Shown: positions 1 to 9,421 of the stretch, in pieces
How the letters are laid out: each line of letters begins with the position of its first letter
Position numbering within the stretch: position 1 is the stretch's first letter
IMG/VR virus record: IMGVR_UViG_3300024999_000083
Direction: 5' to 3' (one strand)
DNA length: 64,000 bases
Origin: a virus
Program-made: the position numbers and the translations under genes
The notes under the pieces: generated by a model
The model's database searches: none
The model's input: the letters and a program-made list of their open reading frames with translations, nothing else
Told to the model about the DNA's origin: nothing

Positions 1-129
1 GAAATGAGTTGGTTTGAAGATGAGGTTTTGGATCTTGATGATTTGGGTGAAAGTAAGCATAAGAAAGTCAAATCTAAGACATCTACAAGCACTTCTAATG
101 TGACAAAACCATCTGTTGGTATTAAATAA
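1..129 (+). CDS. 3' end of an upstream gene (partial), hypothetical protein
   Basis: Open frame 1 from the window edge to TAA at 127-129; Ser/Thr/Lys-rich tail. Confidence 0.3.
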   Translation, partial: EMSWFEDEVLDLDDLGESKHKKVKSKTSTSTSNVTKPSVGIK

Positions 130-320
130 ATCACCTACAGTTAAATCTAAGCCTAGTACAAGCAAAAAGAAGAGTTGAGGAGGGAATAATTGTGAAGTGG
201 ATTATACTTTATTTTGTGGTTATGACTATTATATTGATGTTTAATCACGGAGCACATGCGAAGAGTTAAATATAATTTATTTAGATTAAAATATTTCTTT
301 TAAGGGGAATAGGAAGGAGG

Positions 321-533
321 TTGAATATGAAAGGTTATCTAATAGATGATATGGTAGTTAAAGAACTTGCTGAAGAATATAAAATGACATTAGAAGAAGC
401 ACAAAAATACATGAATGATACATTAAAATATAATGAAGTAAGTTTAATAACATGCAAGGATTGTAAAATAATTAATTGTGAAGAGTGTTGTGATAAATGG
501 GATGTAAATTTTAATAGTTTTATTTTAGAATAG
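321..533 (+). CDS. hypothetical small protein (Cys-rich C-terminus)
   Basis: ORF preceded by GGAAGGAGG RBS at 312-320. Confidence 0.45.
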   Translation: MNMKGYLIDDMVVKELAEEYKMTLEEAQKYMNDTLKYNEVSLITCKDCKIINCEECCDKWDVNFNSFILE

Positions 534-556
534 GAAAGAGATTGGTGAGAACACAT

Positions 557-721
557 ATGAAATTAATTTGTGTTTGCTCAAATTGTGGAGCATACGATGA
601 TTGGTCAGAAACAGGGACAAAAGGAATTTATCGTTGTCAATATTGTCATAAGGCATCGAGTCTTGTTGGTATGAAAATTGAAAATGAATTCTATGGAGTT
701 ATGCAAAGAGATATTGAATAG
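557..721 (+). CDS. small zinc-ribbon protein (CxxC...CxxC)
   Basis: 54-aa ORF with two CxxC pairs; ATG at 557. Confidence 0.35.
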   Translation: MKLICVCSNCGAYDDWSETGTKGIYRCQYCHKASSLVGMKIENEFYGVMQRDIE

Positions 722-735
722 GAGGATAAATACAT

Positions 736-1191
736 ATGAAATACAGAGAAGGGGATAAAGTTGAAATCATTGATCAGTCTTCAGAATTCTTTAAAAAGAA
801 AGGTTATGTAATGACAACAAAAATCAATGATAAAATATGGGTTGTTTTCCCACCATCTAAATCAACCGGAAATGGTTTTACACCAGAACAAATTAAACTT
901 ATAAAAAGTGCTATCAAAGGACAAGAAATTGAACCTGCTAGTTGTTGTGTATCAAATGTTGGTGGAATATCGGCTAGTGTCTATCTAGATGAATGTCCTA
1001 TAAAAAGAGAAATTGGACAACAAGAACAATTCGCTAATATGAATATTAAAGAAAAGGTTAAAGTATGCAACTGTATAAATTCTCATTATATTTGGGGTGT
1101 GCCTACTTGTGAACACTATAAAGGACTTAAAGAAGTAACTCGTGGTGGACGAAAAGTATGGAGAGTGTCTTGTGATGCTGTAGAGGTTTAA
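736..1191 (+). CDS. hypothetical protein, Cys-rich
   Basis: 151-aa ORF; RBS GGAGG at 720-724. Confidence 0.5.
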   Translation: MKYREGDKVEIIDQSSEFFKKKGYVMTTKINDKIWVVFPPSKSTGNGFTPEQIKLIKSAIKGQEIEPASCCVSNVGGISASVYLDECPIKREIGQQEQFANMNIKEKVKVCNCINSHYIWGVPTCEHYKGLKEVTRGGRKVWRVSCDAVEV

Positions 1192-1225
1192 AATAATTAA
1201 TAAGAGAAAGAGGAGATATATAACT

Positions 1226-1579
1226 ATGGAAGAAGTAAGAGTATTTAAACTCAAAAAATACATGGAATTTGCAGTTGGCGAAAGTTCAATAGAAAACAAA
1301 TTCGAGTTTATAAATATTCCTGAAGAAAGTATTTTAGGGTTGGATTTATCTTTAAATGCTGAACTGTTTTATGGATTAAAAGCAGGAAATATACTTTATG
1401 TGACTATTACCAACATAGATGAGTTTAAAAATTATGATGCTATTTTTAGATTGCTTAGTTGGAGTAGGATAGACGGAAAAGGTGAATATATTTTTAGAGT
1501 ATTAAAGAGCAATAATAATGAGCAAGTAGATTTCAAAGAAGAAAGAGAATACTTAAAAAGTTTTCGCAGAATCATATAA
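1226..1579 (+). CDS. hypothetical protein
   Basis: ORF with GAGGAG RBS upstream. Confidence 0.5.
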   Translation: MEEVRVFKLKKYMEFAVGESSIENKFEFINIPEESILGLDLSLNAELFYGLKAGNILYVTITNIDEFKNYDAIFRLLSWSRIDGKGEYIFRVLKSNNNEQVDFKEEREYLKSFRRII

Positions 1580-1615
1580 GTAGTCGATTTTAACTTAGAA
1601 AGGGAAGATTTAAAA

Positions 1616-1849
1616 ATGGAATCATATGAAAAACTAAAAGCGCAAAAAGATATATTAATTAACAAAAAGGAAAATTATATAGACACAGATTTAAGTACAG
1701 CATTACATAAATTCGCGTTAGGATATAAAATTGAATGTAGAATCAATTTTTCAACTTGGGAATTTGATTTCTCTAAAAATAATGCAACAGTAATATTGAA
1801 TCAAAGAATGATTGAACATGGTAAGTGGTCTGTATGTTCTAAGAAGTAA
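1616..1849 (+). CDS. hypothetical protein
   Basis: ORF with GGGAAG RBS. Confidence 0.4.
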   Translation: MESYEKLKAQKDILINKKENYIDTDLSTALHKFALGYKIECRINFSTWEFDFSKNNATVILNQRMIEHGKWSVCSKK

Positions 1850-1900
1850 TCCCTCGAAAAATTAGATTTATCGTATTTAAAATTGAAAGGATGATAAATA

Positions 1901-2422
1901 ATGGGGCAATTCAATATCAAAGAAAATATAAATAACTTCATCAAGGGTGATTTTGCTGTTAATTGCAGAACCGAAGAATTAGCAAATAGATTCCTAAATT
2001 ATTGTGACAAGTTAGGTATAAAATGGTGTTCAGATAAAGATTTACTAGATAATAATGAATGGGACGAATACAGAACAGAAACATCTTATCGTTGTTGTGG
2101 TAAAAGTGGAATGGAATTTGGCAATATAAAGGTTTTCAAAGAAACAATTGGTATTCCAGTTGTTGAATTTACAAATTCAGATACATATGAACATATTCAA
2201 AAACCTAAACCACCATTAGGAGTAATGCCAAAGAATATCTATGAATTGAAAAGAGTTCAAGATTTATGTAAAGCATTATATGAAAGAAGTATATTTGAAG
2301 AAACAGATTATGAGCTTATGATTAAGTGGAGTGATGAGTTAAATGATAGGTTGTATGGACTGAAAGGTGACAAATTAAATAAAGAAATTGAAGACGATGA
2401 TGAATCTTGGGATTTTGAATAG
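1901..2422 (+). CDS. hypothetical protein with acidic C-terminus
   Basis: 173-aa ORF; RBS AAGGATG. Confidence 0.5.
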   Translation: MGQFNIKENINNFIKGDFAVNCRTEELANRFLNYCDKLGIKWCSDKDLLDNNEWDEYRTETSYRCCGKSGMEFGNIKVFKETIGIPVVEFTNSDTYEHIQKPKPPLGVMPKNIYELKRVQDLCKALYERSIFEETDYELMIKWSDELNDRLYGLKGDKLNKEIEDDDESWDFE

Positions 2423-2464
2423 TATGAATGTTTCATTTTAATTGAGTAAAATAAGGAGGATAAA

Positions 2465-2596
2465 TATGAAGTATAAGATTTATGAATTGAATATCGAAGC
2501 AACATATATTGCTAGTTTAATTAAAATTCAATATAATTTATTCTTTAAAAATAAAGAAACCATAATCGAAAAAGAGTTTAGTGGTGATATATTTTG
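2465..2596 (+). CDS. small hypothetical protein (43 aa)
   Basis: AAGGAGG RBS 7 nt upstream of ATG 2465. Confidence 0.35.
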
Positions 2597-3083
2597 AATC
2601 CAAAACCTTCTTCGAAACTTCCTATGTAATGTATATCATCTTCTGAATGGATTCTAATTTTATCATCAATATTTCTGCCTATGTTTCCTAATTTATGTAT
2701 TGCAGGACTGTTGGCTTTAAGTATCATTATTTTATTCAATTGGCAGATTCCTCCTCTACAATCTCATAAGTAAAGGTGCTATCACTACTTCAAGGGTGAC
2801 TAATGTTGATATTCATGAGAATCAATATATAATTTATACTAATAATAGTGTTTATTATATTGAGGTAGTTTAATGGCTGAAAAGATCATTGCATATCTTA
2901 AACAAGAAGCAGATAAGGAAGTAGTAAGAAAAACTAAAGCAAAAGAACAAGATATAAGAGGATACATAATTGATTGTGTTTATAAGGCACAAAAGAGACG
3001 AAGAAAGTATATGGGGAAGTAGGAATGGATATATGTAGAATACTAACAAATGGCTCATTTATTGGGTTGGCAAGGAGATAAAA

Positions 3084-3320
3084 ATGAAAAAAATTCAATT
3101 GGTTATAATATTAGCAATCGGAATATTTATAGGAGGGTGTGGGACTCAACAAACTTCAAATACACAGATAAAAGAAAATACTAATCAGAGATTTGAAGCA
3201 ATATATGAACAAAGACATTTAACCATTTATAAAGACATCGAAACTAATAGAAAATATCTTATTATATCAGATAATACTGGAATTGGGATTTGTGAATTAA
3301 ATGAAAACAAAGCAAATTAA
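3084..3320 (+). CDS. putative lipoprotein
   Basis: Signal peptide plus lipobox-like FIGGCG; GGAG RBS. Confidence 0.5.
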   Translation: MKKIQLVIILAIGIFIGGCGTQQTSNTQIKENTNQRFEAIYEQRHLTIYKDIETNRKYLIISDNTGIGICELNENKAN

Positions 3321-3359
3321 GATTTGAAGTGAAACAAATTAAGGAAAGAAGGAATAAAG

Positions 3360-3623
3360 TTGAAAGAATATACTTTAAAAATTAATTCAGATCAAGCTAA
3401 AAGATTTACTGAACTGCCTCCTATGCCATTTGTGATTGAGGTTGTTTATGGAGGAAACGGAGATAAATATTTAATTGTAAAAAATACTAACTATAAATTA
3501 ATTTCATTAAGTGGTCATACTTTAGGAAGTATCGTTGATCGTGATTATACAGAAAGTGAAATATTAAATGCAATTAATGATAAGAAATGGACTTTAAAAA
3601 AGTCTGAAATAAATATTGTCTAA
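3360..3623 (+). CDS. hypothetical protein
   Basis: ORF. Confidence 0.4.
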   Translation: MKEYTLKINSDQAKRFTELPPMPFVIEVVYGGNGDKYLIVKNTNYKLISLSGHTLGSIVDRDYTESEILNAINDKKWTLKKSEINIV

Positions 3624-3659
3624 TAATTTATACTGTAAATAAAAAAGGAGTGTTTATTA

Positions 3660-4121
3660 ATGTTAATATCTACAATTGCAATATCAAGTATAATGGTTAT
3701 AGGCACAGGAGGGTTACTAATTTATTATAAAAACAAAAATAAGAAAGTTGAGAAAGAGATTGTCGTTCCACACACCAGACCTGCGCAAGAAAGAATTCAA
3801 TTTGCTAAAGTCAGTGCCAATGTTACAAAAGCACCAATCACTACATCAAATGTAAAGCAAAATTTAACGCATCCAAGAAGTTTAAATACTGTTCGTAGTC
3901 ATAATACATATGATGACGATTTAAGTCTGTTAAACACTGTAATAATGGTCGATGCAATAGATAGTATTGCTGATAGTCATACACATCGCAGTCACAGCTA
4001 TCATGACTCACATGACTATGGAAGTAGTTCTCATGGTAGTTCATATGATTCTAGTAGTTCTTATGACTCTGGTGGTAACTATGATTCTGGAAGTTGTGAT
4101 TGTAGCTGTGGGTGTGATTAG
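3660..4121 (+). CDS. membrane-anchored protein with His/Ser/Asp/Tyr-rich low-complexity tail ending CDCSCGCD
   Basis: N-terminal TM helix; repetitive H/S/D/Y tail; terminal Cys cluster; AAGGAG RBS. Confidence 0.5.
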   Translation: MLISTIAISSIMVIGTGGLLIYYKNKNKKVEKEIVVPHTRPAQERIQFAKVSANVTKAPITTSNVKQNLTHPRSLNTVRSHNTYDDDLSLLNTVIMVDAIDSIADSHTHRSHSYHDSHDYGSSSHGSSYDSSSSYDSGGNYDSGSCDCSCGCD

Positions 4122-4168
4122 CACCATAGCAAATGTAGTTTTTAAAGGGTTGGAAAGGAGGAATTTAA

Positions 4169-4324
4169 ATGTCATCAGTAATTATGTTATCATGCCCAAA
4201 CTGCTTTGGTTTAGAATGGAGTCAAATTAATTTAGAAGAATATAAATATCAGTGTAAAGAATGTGGAGAATGGACAAGTGAAGAAGAATTAACCGTTGAA
4301 ATTATGGAAAAGGAAGTAGAATAA
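4169..4324 (+). CDS. small zinc-ribbon protein
   Basis: CPNC...CKECGEW motifs; AAGGAGG RBS at 4155-4161. Confidence 0.4.
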   Translation: MSSVIMLSCPNCFGLEWSQINLEEYKYQCKECGEWTSEEELTVEIMEKEVE

Positions 4325-4497
4325 TCAAACCAAAAACAAGTTTTATGTTATTTGAAGGGAGGTGATGATATATATGTTTGTAATATTCATTCTTGCTATA
4401 GTGGTATTACTACTATTTTTAGCAATACCATTATACTCAAAAATAGGTCAGAAAGTTGAACAAGTAGAAAATAAAATTAAAGAGGAGATTAAAAATA

Positions 4498-5409
4498 ATG
4501 AGAAATAATATTAATATTGATATGAGTAATTTTAAAATGAATAAATTCACTAAAGGTTTAATTACAGTTGGAGTATCGGCAGTTGTTTTGCTTGCAGGAT
4601 TTGGGGCATCTACTACAAAAATTAATCCAGGACATGCAGGAATTGTATATAATGTATCTGGTGGTCTAGAAGATATTACATTAAGTCAAGGATGGCATAT
4701 TGTAGCACCTTGGAAGAGTGTAAGAGAATATCCAATTTCTACAGAAACAGTATGGTTGACACAAGCTAAAACAGAAGGCTCACCTAACGATGATTCCTAC
4801 AATACTTCTACAATGGAAGGTAAACCAGTTAATGTAGATGCTTATTTTACATATCATGTAAATGTAGAAAAATTACCTGCAATATTTAATCGTTTCAAAG
4901 GCGCAGACATCGAATCCATCCAATCAGGTTACCTTAAACAACAAGTGAAAACAGCTTCTCAATCAGTTACATCTAGTTATAGTGTTCTTGATTTGTACGG
5001 CAATAAGCGTTCAGAGATTCAAAATAAAATCCATGATATATTAATCAAAGAATTAACTCCATTTGGACTAGAAGTTGAGACATTTAGTTTTGGAGAAATT
5101 CGTCCTGATGCAGACACTATGAAAGCAATTCAAGCAAAAGTAGATGCCCAACAAAAACTTCAACAAATGGAAATTGAACTATCACAATCTACAGTTACAG
5201 CAAACAAAGCAAGAGTAGATGCTCAAGGGGTAGCTGATGCAGCAGTCATTAAGGCAAAAGGTGAAGCAGAAGCTAATAATCTATTACAAGCATCTTTAAC
5301 TGATACACTTGTTAAATATCAATCTGTATTGAAATGGAATGGAGCATATCCTCAAGTTGTAGGCGGCAATCAAATTATTAGTTTGCCAATGGCAGATGCA
5401 GGGAAATAA
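4498..5409 (+). CDS. SPFH/band-7 (prohibitin/HflC-like) membrane protein
   Basis: N-terminal TM segment, SPFH-like core, C-terminal Ala/Gln-rich coiled coil. Confidence 0.75.
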   Translation: MRNNINIDMSNFKMNKFTKGLITVGVSAVVLLAGFGASTTKINPGHAGIVYNVSGGLEDITLSQGWHIVAPWKSVREYPISTETVWLTQAKTEGSPNDDSYNTSTMEGKPVNVDAYFTYHVNVEKLPAIFNRFKGADIESIQSGYLKQQVKTASQSVTSSYSVLDLYGNKRSEIQNKIHDILIKELTPFGLEVETFSFGEIRPDADTMKAIQAKVDAQQKLQQMEIELSQSTVTANKARVDAQGVADAAVIKAKGEAEANNLLQASLTDTLVKYQSVLKWNGAYPQVVGGNQIISLPMADAGK

Positions 5410-5415
5410 TTAAAT

Positions 5416-5769
5416 ATGTATCAAAATAAATATAACATAAAAAGAAAGAAGGAATATATAATGTTTAATAAATTAATCGAAATGGTAATGTCAAATCCTA
5501 AATTAGCTAAACCAATGGTAAGTGAATTAGTAGATCAATACAAACCTTTATTATATGGAATTGCAGAAGAGTTATTTAATATCTATAAAGATTATGCGAA
5601 TAATACTGAATATTTTAGCACTACTGCAATTGCTAAAAAGAATCAATATGATGCTTATGTTAATGTAGGATTTTCAGATGAGCAATCTATGAGTTTAGTA
5701 TTAAATGATGCTAAGAAATTAGAAGAGAAATTGAATAAATTATCTTCTGGTGTTAAATCTAAAAAGTAA
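5416..5769 (+). CDS. hypothetical protein (true start possibly 5461)
   Basis: ORF following the SPFH gene; internal Met with AAGGA RBS. Confidence 0.45.
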   Translation: MYQNKYNIKRKKEYIMFNKLIEMVMSNPKLAKPMVSELVDQYKPLLYGIAEELFNIYKDYANNTEYFSTTAIAKKNQYDAYVNVGFSDEQSMSLVLNDAKKLEEKLNKLSSGVKSKK

Positions 5770-5824
5770 TAATAGGATATGGGGAGATAATTCTCCCCTT
5801 CCCACGAAAGGAAGTAGATAAAAA

Positions 5825-6076
5825 ATGTACGGAATTAACAAAATTAACACAGAAGATATGCAAATTGGAAACTATGCTTATAGTGATTATACAGGTCAGT
5901 GGTATATAGTTTCTGCATTGCCTAATTTTATTAATGTAGGTCATCATATTTATGTTTTAATAAGATTAGACGGACAAGGATATTTTTATAAAAGTGATTC
6001 ACTAGATGAACTGAAAAATAATATTTCTAAAGATGGTGGAGAAACAACTATTTTTAAGGATTTAATTTTTGAATAA
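5825..6076 (+). CDS. hypothetical protein
   Basis: ORF with GGAAG RBS. Confidence 0.45.
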   Translation: MYGINKINTEDMQIGNYAYSDYTGQWYIVSALPNFINVGHHIYVLIRLDGQGYFYKSDSLDELKNNISKDGGETTIFKDLIFE

Positions 6077-6255
6077 TTCATCTAAACATTCAATTGATAA
6101 AATACCTCAAATTGTTAAGGAAATTATAACAAATCCATAAAAGTAAAACCCTGTAACCCTTGCTACATAAGGGTTTCTAAAATCAAATAATCCAATAAAA
6201 GGATATTTTTATGTGGTTAGAAAAATGAATAATTTTATCAAATATAAAAATAAAT

Positions 6256-6284
6256 TTGACATATGGTTGTGAAAATGTTATACT
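6256..6284 (+). promoter_or_regulatory. sigma-A type promoter: TTGACA, 17 bp spacer, TATACT
   Basis: TTGACA 6256-6261, 17-nt spacer, TATACT 6279-6284; near-identical module at 8066. Confidence 0.6.
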
Positions 6285-6314
6285 AAGTATGTGGTTAGTT
6301 ATGTGAAATAAATA

Positions 6315-6587
6315 ATGAATCGAGGTGAGAGAATGGCAGATTTAGTAGTTGGTAGATCAGAGGGCGTTGCTTACTCAAATAATAACCTTACATATAGTCA
6401 GTTTAAACAACCTATTAAACCAATACTAAAACATCCTGAAAAACATTTTATTGATCTTATGGTTAATGAAATTAAAGAAGCAAAATGTGATACTGATATT
6501 AAAAATATTTTGTATCAAGTATATGTGACTACTCAAATTGATTCGATGATTAGGAATGAGTTTGATTGCTATATAAGTAATAAATAA
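6315..6587 (+). CDS. hypothetical protein (paralog of the small ORF at 23283)
   Basis: C-terminal ...NILYQVYVTTQIDSMIRNEFD resembles ...NILCDIYVSTQMDSSIREEFD. Confidence 0.5.
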   Translation: MNRGERMADLVVGRSEGVAYSNNNLTYSQFKQPIKPILKHPEKHFIDLMVNEIKEAKCDTDIKNILYQVYVTTQIDSMIRNEFDCYISNK

Positions 6588-6617
6588 AACTATAATTAAG
6601 AAAGAAGGGGATAATTA

Positions 6618-6821
6618 ATGGAAGTTGGAACCAAAGTTTTAATTGTTGATAATCTTGAAGAACTTAGAGGAGCAGAGCATGATATTGTTTGGGATATGGT
6701 AGAGCATGCAGGTAAAGAAGCAATAATTACAAAAATACTTATCGAAAATGAAAAATATGAATTAGATATTGATGGTGGAGCATGGGCTTGGTATTCAAAT
6801 TTAATCAATGTAGCAGAATAA
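6618..6821 (+). CDS. hypothetical protein
   Basis: ORF with AAGGGG RBS. Confidence 0.45.
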   Translation: MEVGTKVLIVDNLEELRGAEHDIVWDMVEHAGKEAIITKILIENEKYELDIDGGAWAWYSNLINVAE

Positions 6822-6834
6822 AAGTTTAGATTGA

Positions 6835-7035
6835 TTGGTGAACAAAAGGGAGGTGAAAACAATGAGTAAAACAATATCTAGTCTTAATGACAATGCAAGT
6901 AATGAAGAAATAATTTCTAAGATAAACGAAATGATTAATATTCTTAATACTTTAACAATTGATAATATTGAAAGACAAATTAAGAAAAGATTGAATGAGC
7001 AAATTAATATATGTGCTGAAGGTTTATATATTTAA
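6835..7035 (+). CDS. hypothetical protein (likely starts 6862)
   Basis: AAGGGAGGTG RBS precedes the internal ATG. Confidence 0.4.
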   Translation: MVNKREVKTMSKTISSLNDNASNEEIISKINEMINILNTLTIDNIERQIKKRLNEQINICAEGLYI

Positions 7036-7076
7036 TATAAATAATTTCAAACAGTTAATTAGTGTGATTTAAGGAG

Positions 7077-7262
7077 GTGATAAAAATAAGAAAAGTGAGA
7101 TTCTTAAAAGATTTTAAATTATTCAAGAAAGATACTTATAGAGTTATTATGGAAGAAACTGCATTACATTATCGTATTCAAGTTCATTTGGATGGTGATG
7201 AGTTATATTGGATTCATAAGGAAGATTGTGGAGATTTGTTTGTTGTAGCAGAGAGGAGTTAA
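7077..7262 (+). CDS. hypothetical protein
   Basis: AAGGAGGTG RBS. Confidence 0.4.
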   Translation: MIKIRKVRFLKDFKLFKKDTYRVIMEETALHYRIQVHLDGDELYWIHKEDCGDLFVVAERS

Positions 7263-7268
7263 TTAATA

Positions 7269-7625
7269 ATGAAAAGAGAAGATATTAGACTGGGAATGAT
7301 GGTTATTCCACATTCGAAAAGTTATTGTGGTGATTTATCAAGTAGTGTTAATTGGGAACATGCAAAAAAGATAAAGCAACCATATTTATTTGTATCAATA
7401 ATTCATCCTAATTATATTGTTTTAGATTCCATAGAAGGATCGAATGGTGGAGATTATTTCTTGCCAGAAGATTTTGAACCATACATAGAAGAAAATAATA
7501 ATGAAAGTAGGAAAGTTAAAATTAAAAAATCACAATTGAATAGTTCAATGCTTTTCAAAATGAGAGACGAAAAACTTTATATATTGTTGCCAGATCATGA
7601 AAACGACTTAGTTTTTACGATGTAG
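7269..7625 (+). CDS. hypothetical protein
   Basis: ORF. Confidence 0.45.
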   Translation: MKREDIRLGMMVIPHSKSYCGDLSSSVNWEHAKKIKQPYLFVSIIHPNYIVLDSIEGSNGGDYFLPEDFEPYIEENNNESRKVKIKKSQLNSSMLFKMRDEKLYILLPDHENDLVFTM

Positions 7626-7744
7626 AAGATATTAATGCAGGGTATACTGAAGGAACAGTATTTTTTAATGACACATGTAACGACTTAGAACATTGTGATG
7701 ATAGTAATTATGATATTATTGCTATTAAACAATATGCAAGTTAT

Positions 7745-7966
7745 GTGGAAGTTTTATCACAAGTGTTATGTAATAGAGAACCTAAAGAGTGGGATTGGGT
7801 TGAAGAGATTGAGAAAGAAGATTTAGAAGAAGAATCAAAGGTTGAAAATACTGTTCAAAATATCACAATTAATATCACAATTCACTCATCTAATAAAGAT
7901 TCGTCGCAATTTAGAGAATTGATTAATGGACTTAGCAAATATGCAACACAATGTTCAAAAGTATAA
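7745..7966 (+). CDS. hypothetical acidic protein
   Basis: ORF. Confidence 0.35.
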   Translation: MEVLSQVLCNREPKEWDWVEEIEKEDLEEESKVENTVQNITINITIHSSNKDSSQFRELINGLSKYATQCSKV

Positions 7967-8065
7967 AACTGAGAATAAAGCTATAGTAGGGTTTGATGGT
8001 TTGACAAAGGGAATGAAATCAAAATTTTAAGCCATAATTTAGTGATATAAATGTAAAAATAAAGT

Positions 8066-8094
8066 TTGACATGATTTGTGTATTATGTTATACT
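8066..8094 (+). promoter_or_regulatory. sigma-A type promoter: TTGACA, 17 bp spacer, TATACT (duplicate of the module at 6256)
   Basis: Same architecture and flanks (AAAnTTTGACAT...GTTATACT...GTGGTTA) as 6256-6300. Confidence 0.6.
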
Positions 8095-8270
8095 TATTAA
8101 GTGGTTAAGAAATAAATAATATTTTAGAGAAAGGACTGATTGGTTGAAGACAAAAGGAAAGCGAAGAATTCCCATAAAGATTTGTAAACCACCTCCTTCT
8201 TCAATATATTTTAATAGATCATGTGAATAGAATAATAAAATAAAAATATTGAAAGAAGGAATTAATACAT

Positions 8271-9317
8271 ATGGCAAAGATTAAACTTGGAGAACACGGC
8301 CTACCACTAACAGAAGGGCAATTTAAAGCTAGAGGATTAGTTACTGGAACTAAAAAAGGTGAGAGTTTTTTTAAACAAAAACCACAAAAAAATGGGTTTG
8401 AAAGAAATACAGTAAATTTTGGTCTTAAAACATCAGAAGATAATGAAGTTTATGTTCAAATTTCTGACTCAGAAAAAGAAGATGCGTGGTTTTATAAGAA
8501 ATCAGAAGTAAAAGGAGAACAAGGAACTAGTAAAAAGATTTCTTGGGGACAGCGCAAAAACTTTAAAGAAGAAGGTTTTGAACCAATTGGTGTAATTATT
8601 GGATTAGACAAAGATGAAAAAAATAAAAACATTAATAAGAGTGTATGGGACTATGATGCTGCTGAGTATCTTTCTAAAAAACTAACTGACGATATGCCTG
8701 TATTAGTAGTTGGTGATTTAGAATTTAGTTCAATGGAAGGAGAAAATGGTAAAAATAGATTCAAAAAATTAAACATTAAAAAGATTTATAATTCGGTTGT
8801 GGACTTTTCTAAAGATGACTTTAAAGAAGAAAATCATTTTAAACAAAAATGTTTATTTATGGAAATTGCTCAAGCAACTAAAGACAATAAACCTGACACA
8901 GACGACCCAAGATGGATGGTAAAAGCTAAAATTGTTACATACAAAACACTTGAAGACATTGAATTTGTAATTAGAAATAAAGTTTTAGCATCTAATTTTA
9001 GGAAACATCTAAAACCTTATAATAGAATTTCAATTCACGGAGTCATTAATAATAAACGCAATGCACAAGAGGTAGAAAATAATAATCCAGAAGATTGGGG
9101 TGGAGAAGCAGATCCATTTAATCAAGTTGGAAGCCCTCGTAAATTTGAGTTTGAAATTAGTGGAATTGACACAAAAGATATTGACACTAAAACTTATACT
9201 GAAGAAATTGTAATTAAGGCTTTCAAAGCACAGGACGAATTTGGTAGTGATAATCAAAGTTGGGGAGGAAATGAAGAAAGTAGTACAGATGGAGAAGATC
9301 CAGAAATGGAATGGTAA
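8271..9317 (+). CDS. hypothetical protein with acidic C-terminal tail; possibly a ssDNA-binding/replication accessory protein
   Basis: 348-aa ORF; tail EESSTDGEDPEMEW; sits before the recombinase-like ATPase and replisome genes. Confidence 0.45.
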   Translation: MAKIKLGEHGLPLTEGQFKARGLVTGTKKGESFFKQKPQKNGFERNTVNFGLKTSEDNEVYVQISDSEKEDAWFYKKSEVKGEQGTSKKISWGQRKNFKEEGFEPIGVIIGLDKDEKNKNINKSVWDYDAAEYLSKKLTDDMPVLVVGDLEFSSMEGENGKNRFKKLNIKKIYNSVVDFSKDDFKEENHFKQKCLFMEIAQATKDNKPDTDDPRWMVKAKIVTYKTLEDIEFVIRNKVLASNFRKHLKPYNRISIHGVINNKRNAQEVENNNPEDWGGEADPFNQVGSPRKFEFEISGIDTKDIDTKTYTEEIVIKAFKAQDEFGSDNQSWGGNEESSTDGEDPEMEW

Positions 9318-9421
9318 TATTCAATAAATAGATAATTGCAAGTAGTATAGAGAAGTATGGGTAGTAAAATAATGCTACCCATACAAAATAAATTAAAAAT
9401 TGAAGGGTTGGATTTAATAAT

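Noticed and set aside
335-556. Minus-strand ORF antisense to 321-533
   Set aside because: Fully overlaps a plus-strand ORF that has a strong RBS. The product is low-complexity and Ser/Leu-rich, as expected from an AT-rich antisense frame.
985-1299. Minus-strand 104-aa ORF
   Set aside because: Antisense to 736-1191 and 1226-1579. Hydrophobic low-complexity translation typical of spurious ORFs in AT-rich DNA.
9351-9386. Hairpin GTATGGGTAG..CTACCCATAC after the 8271-9317 gene as a terminator
   Set aside because: 9-bp stem but no U-tract on either strand. Possibly regulatory or a weak terminator, not called.
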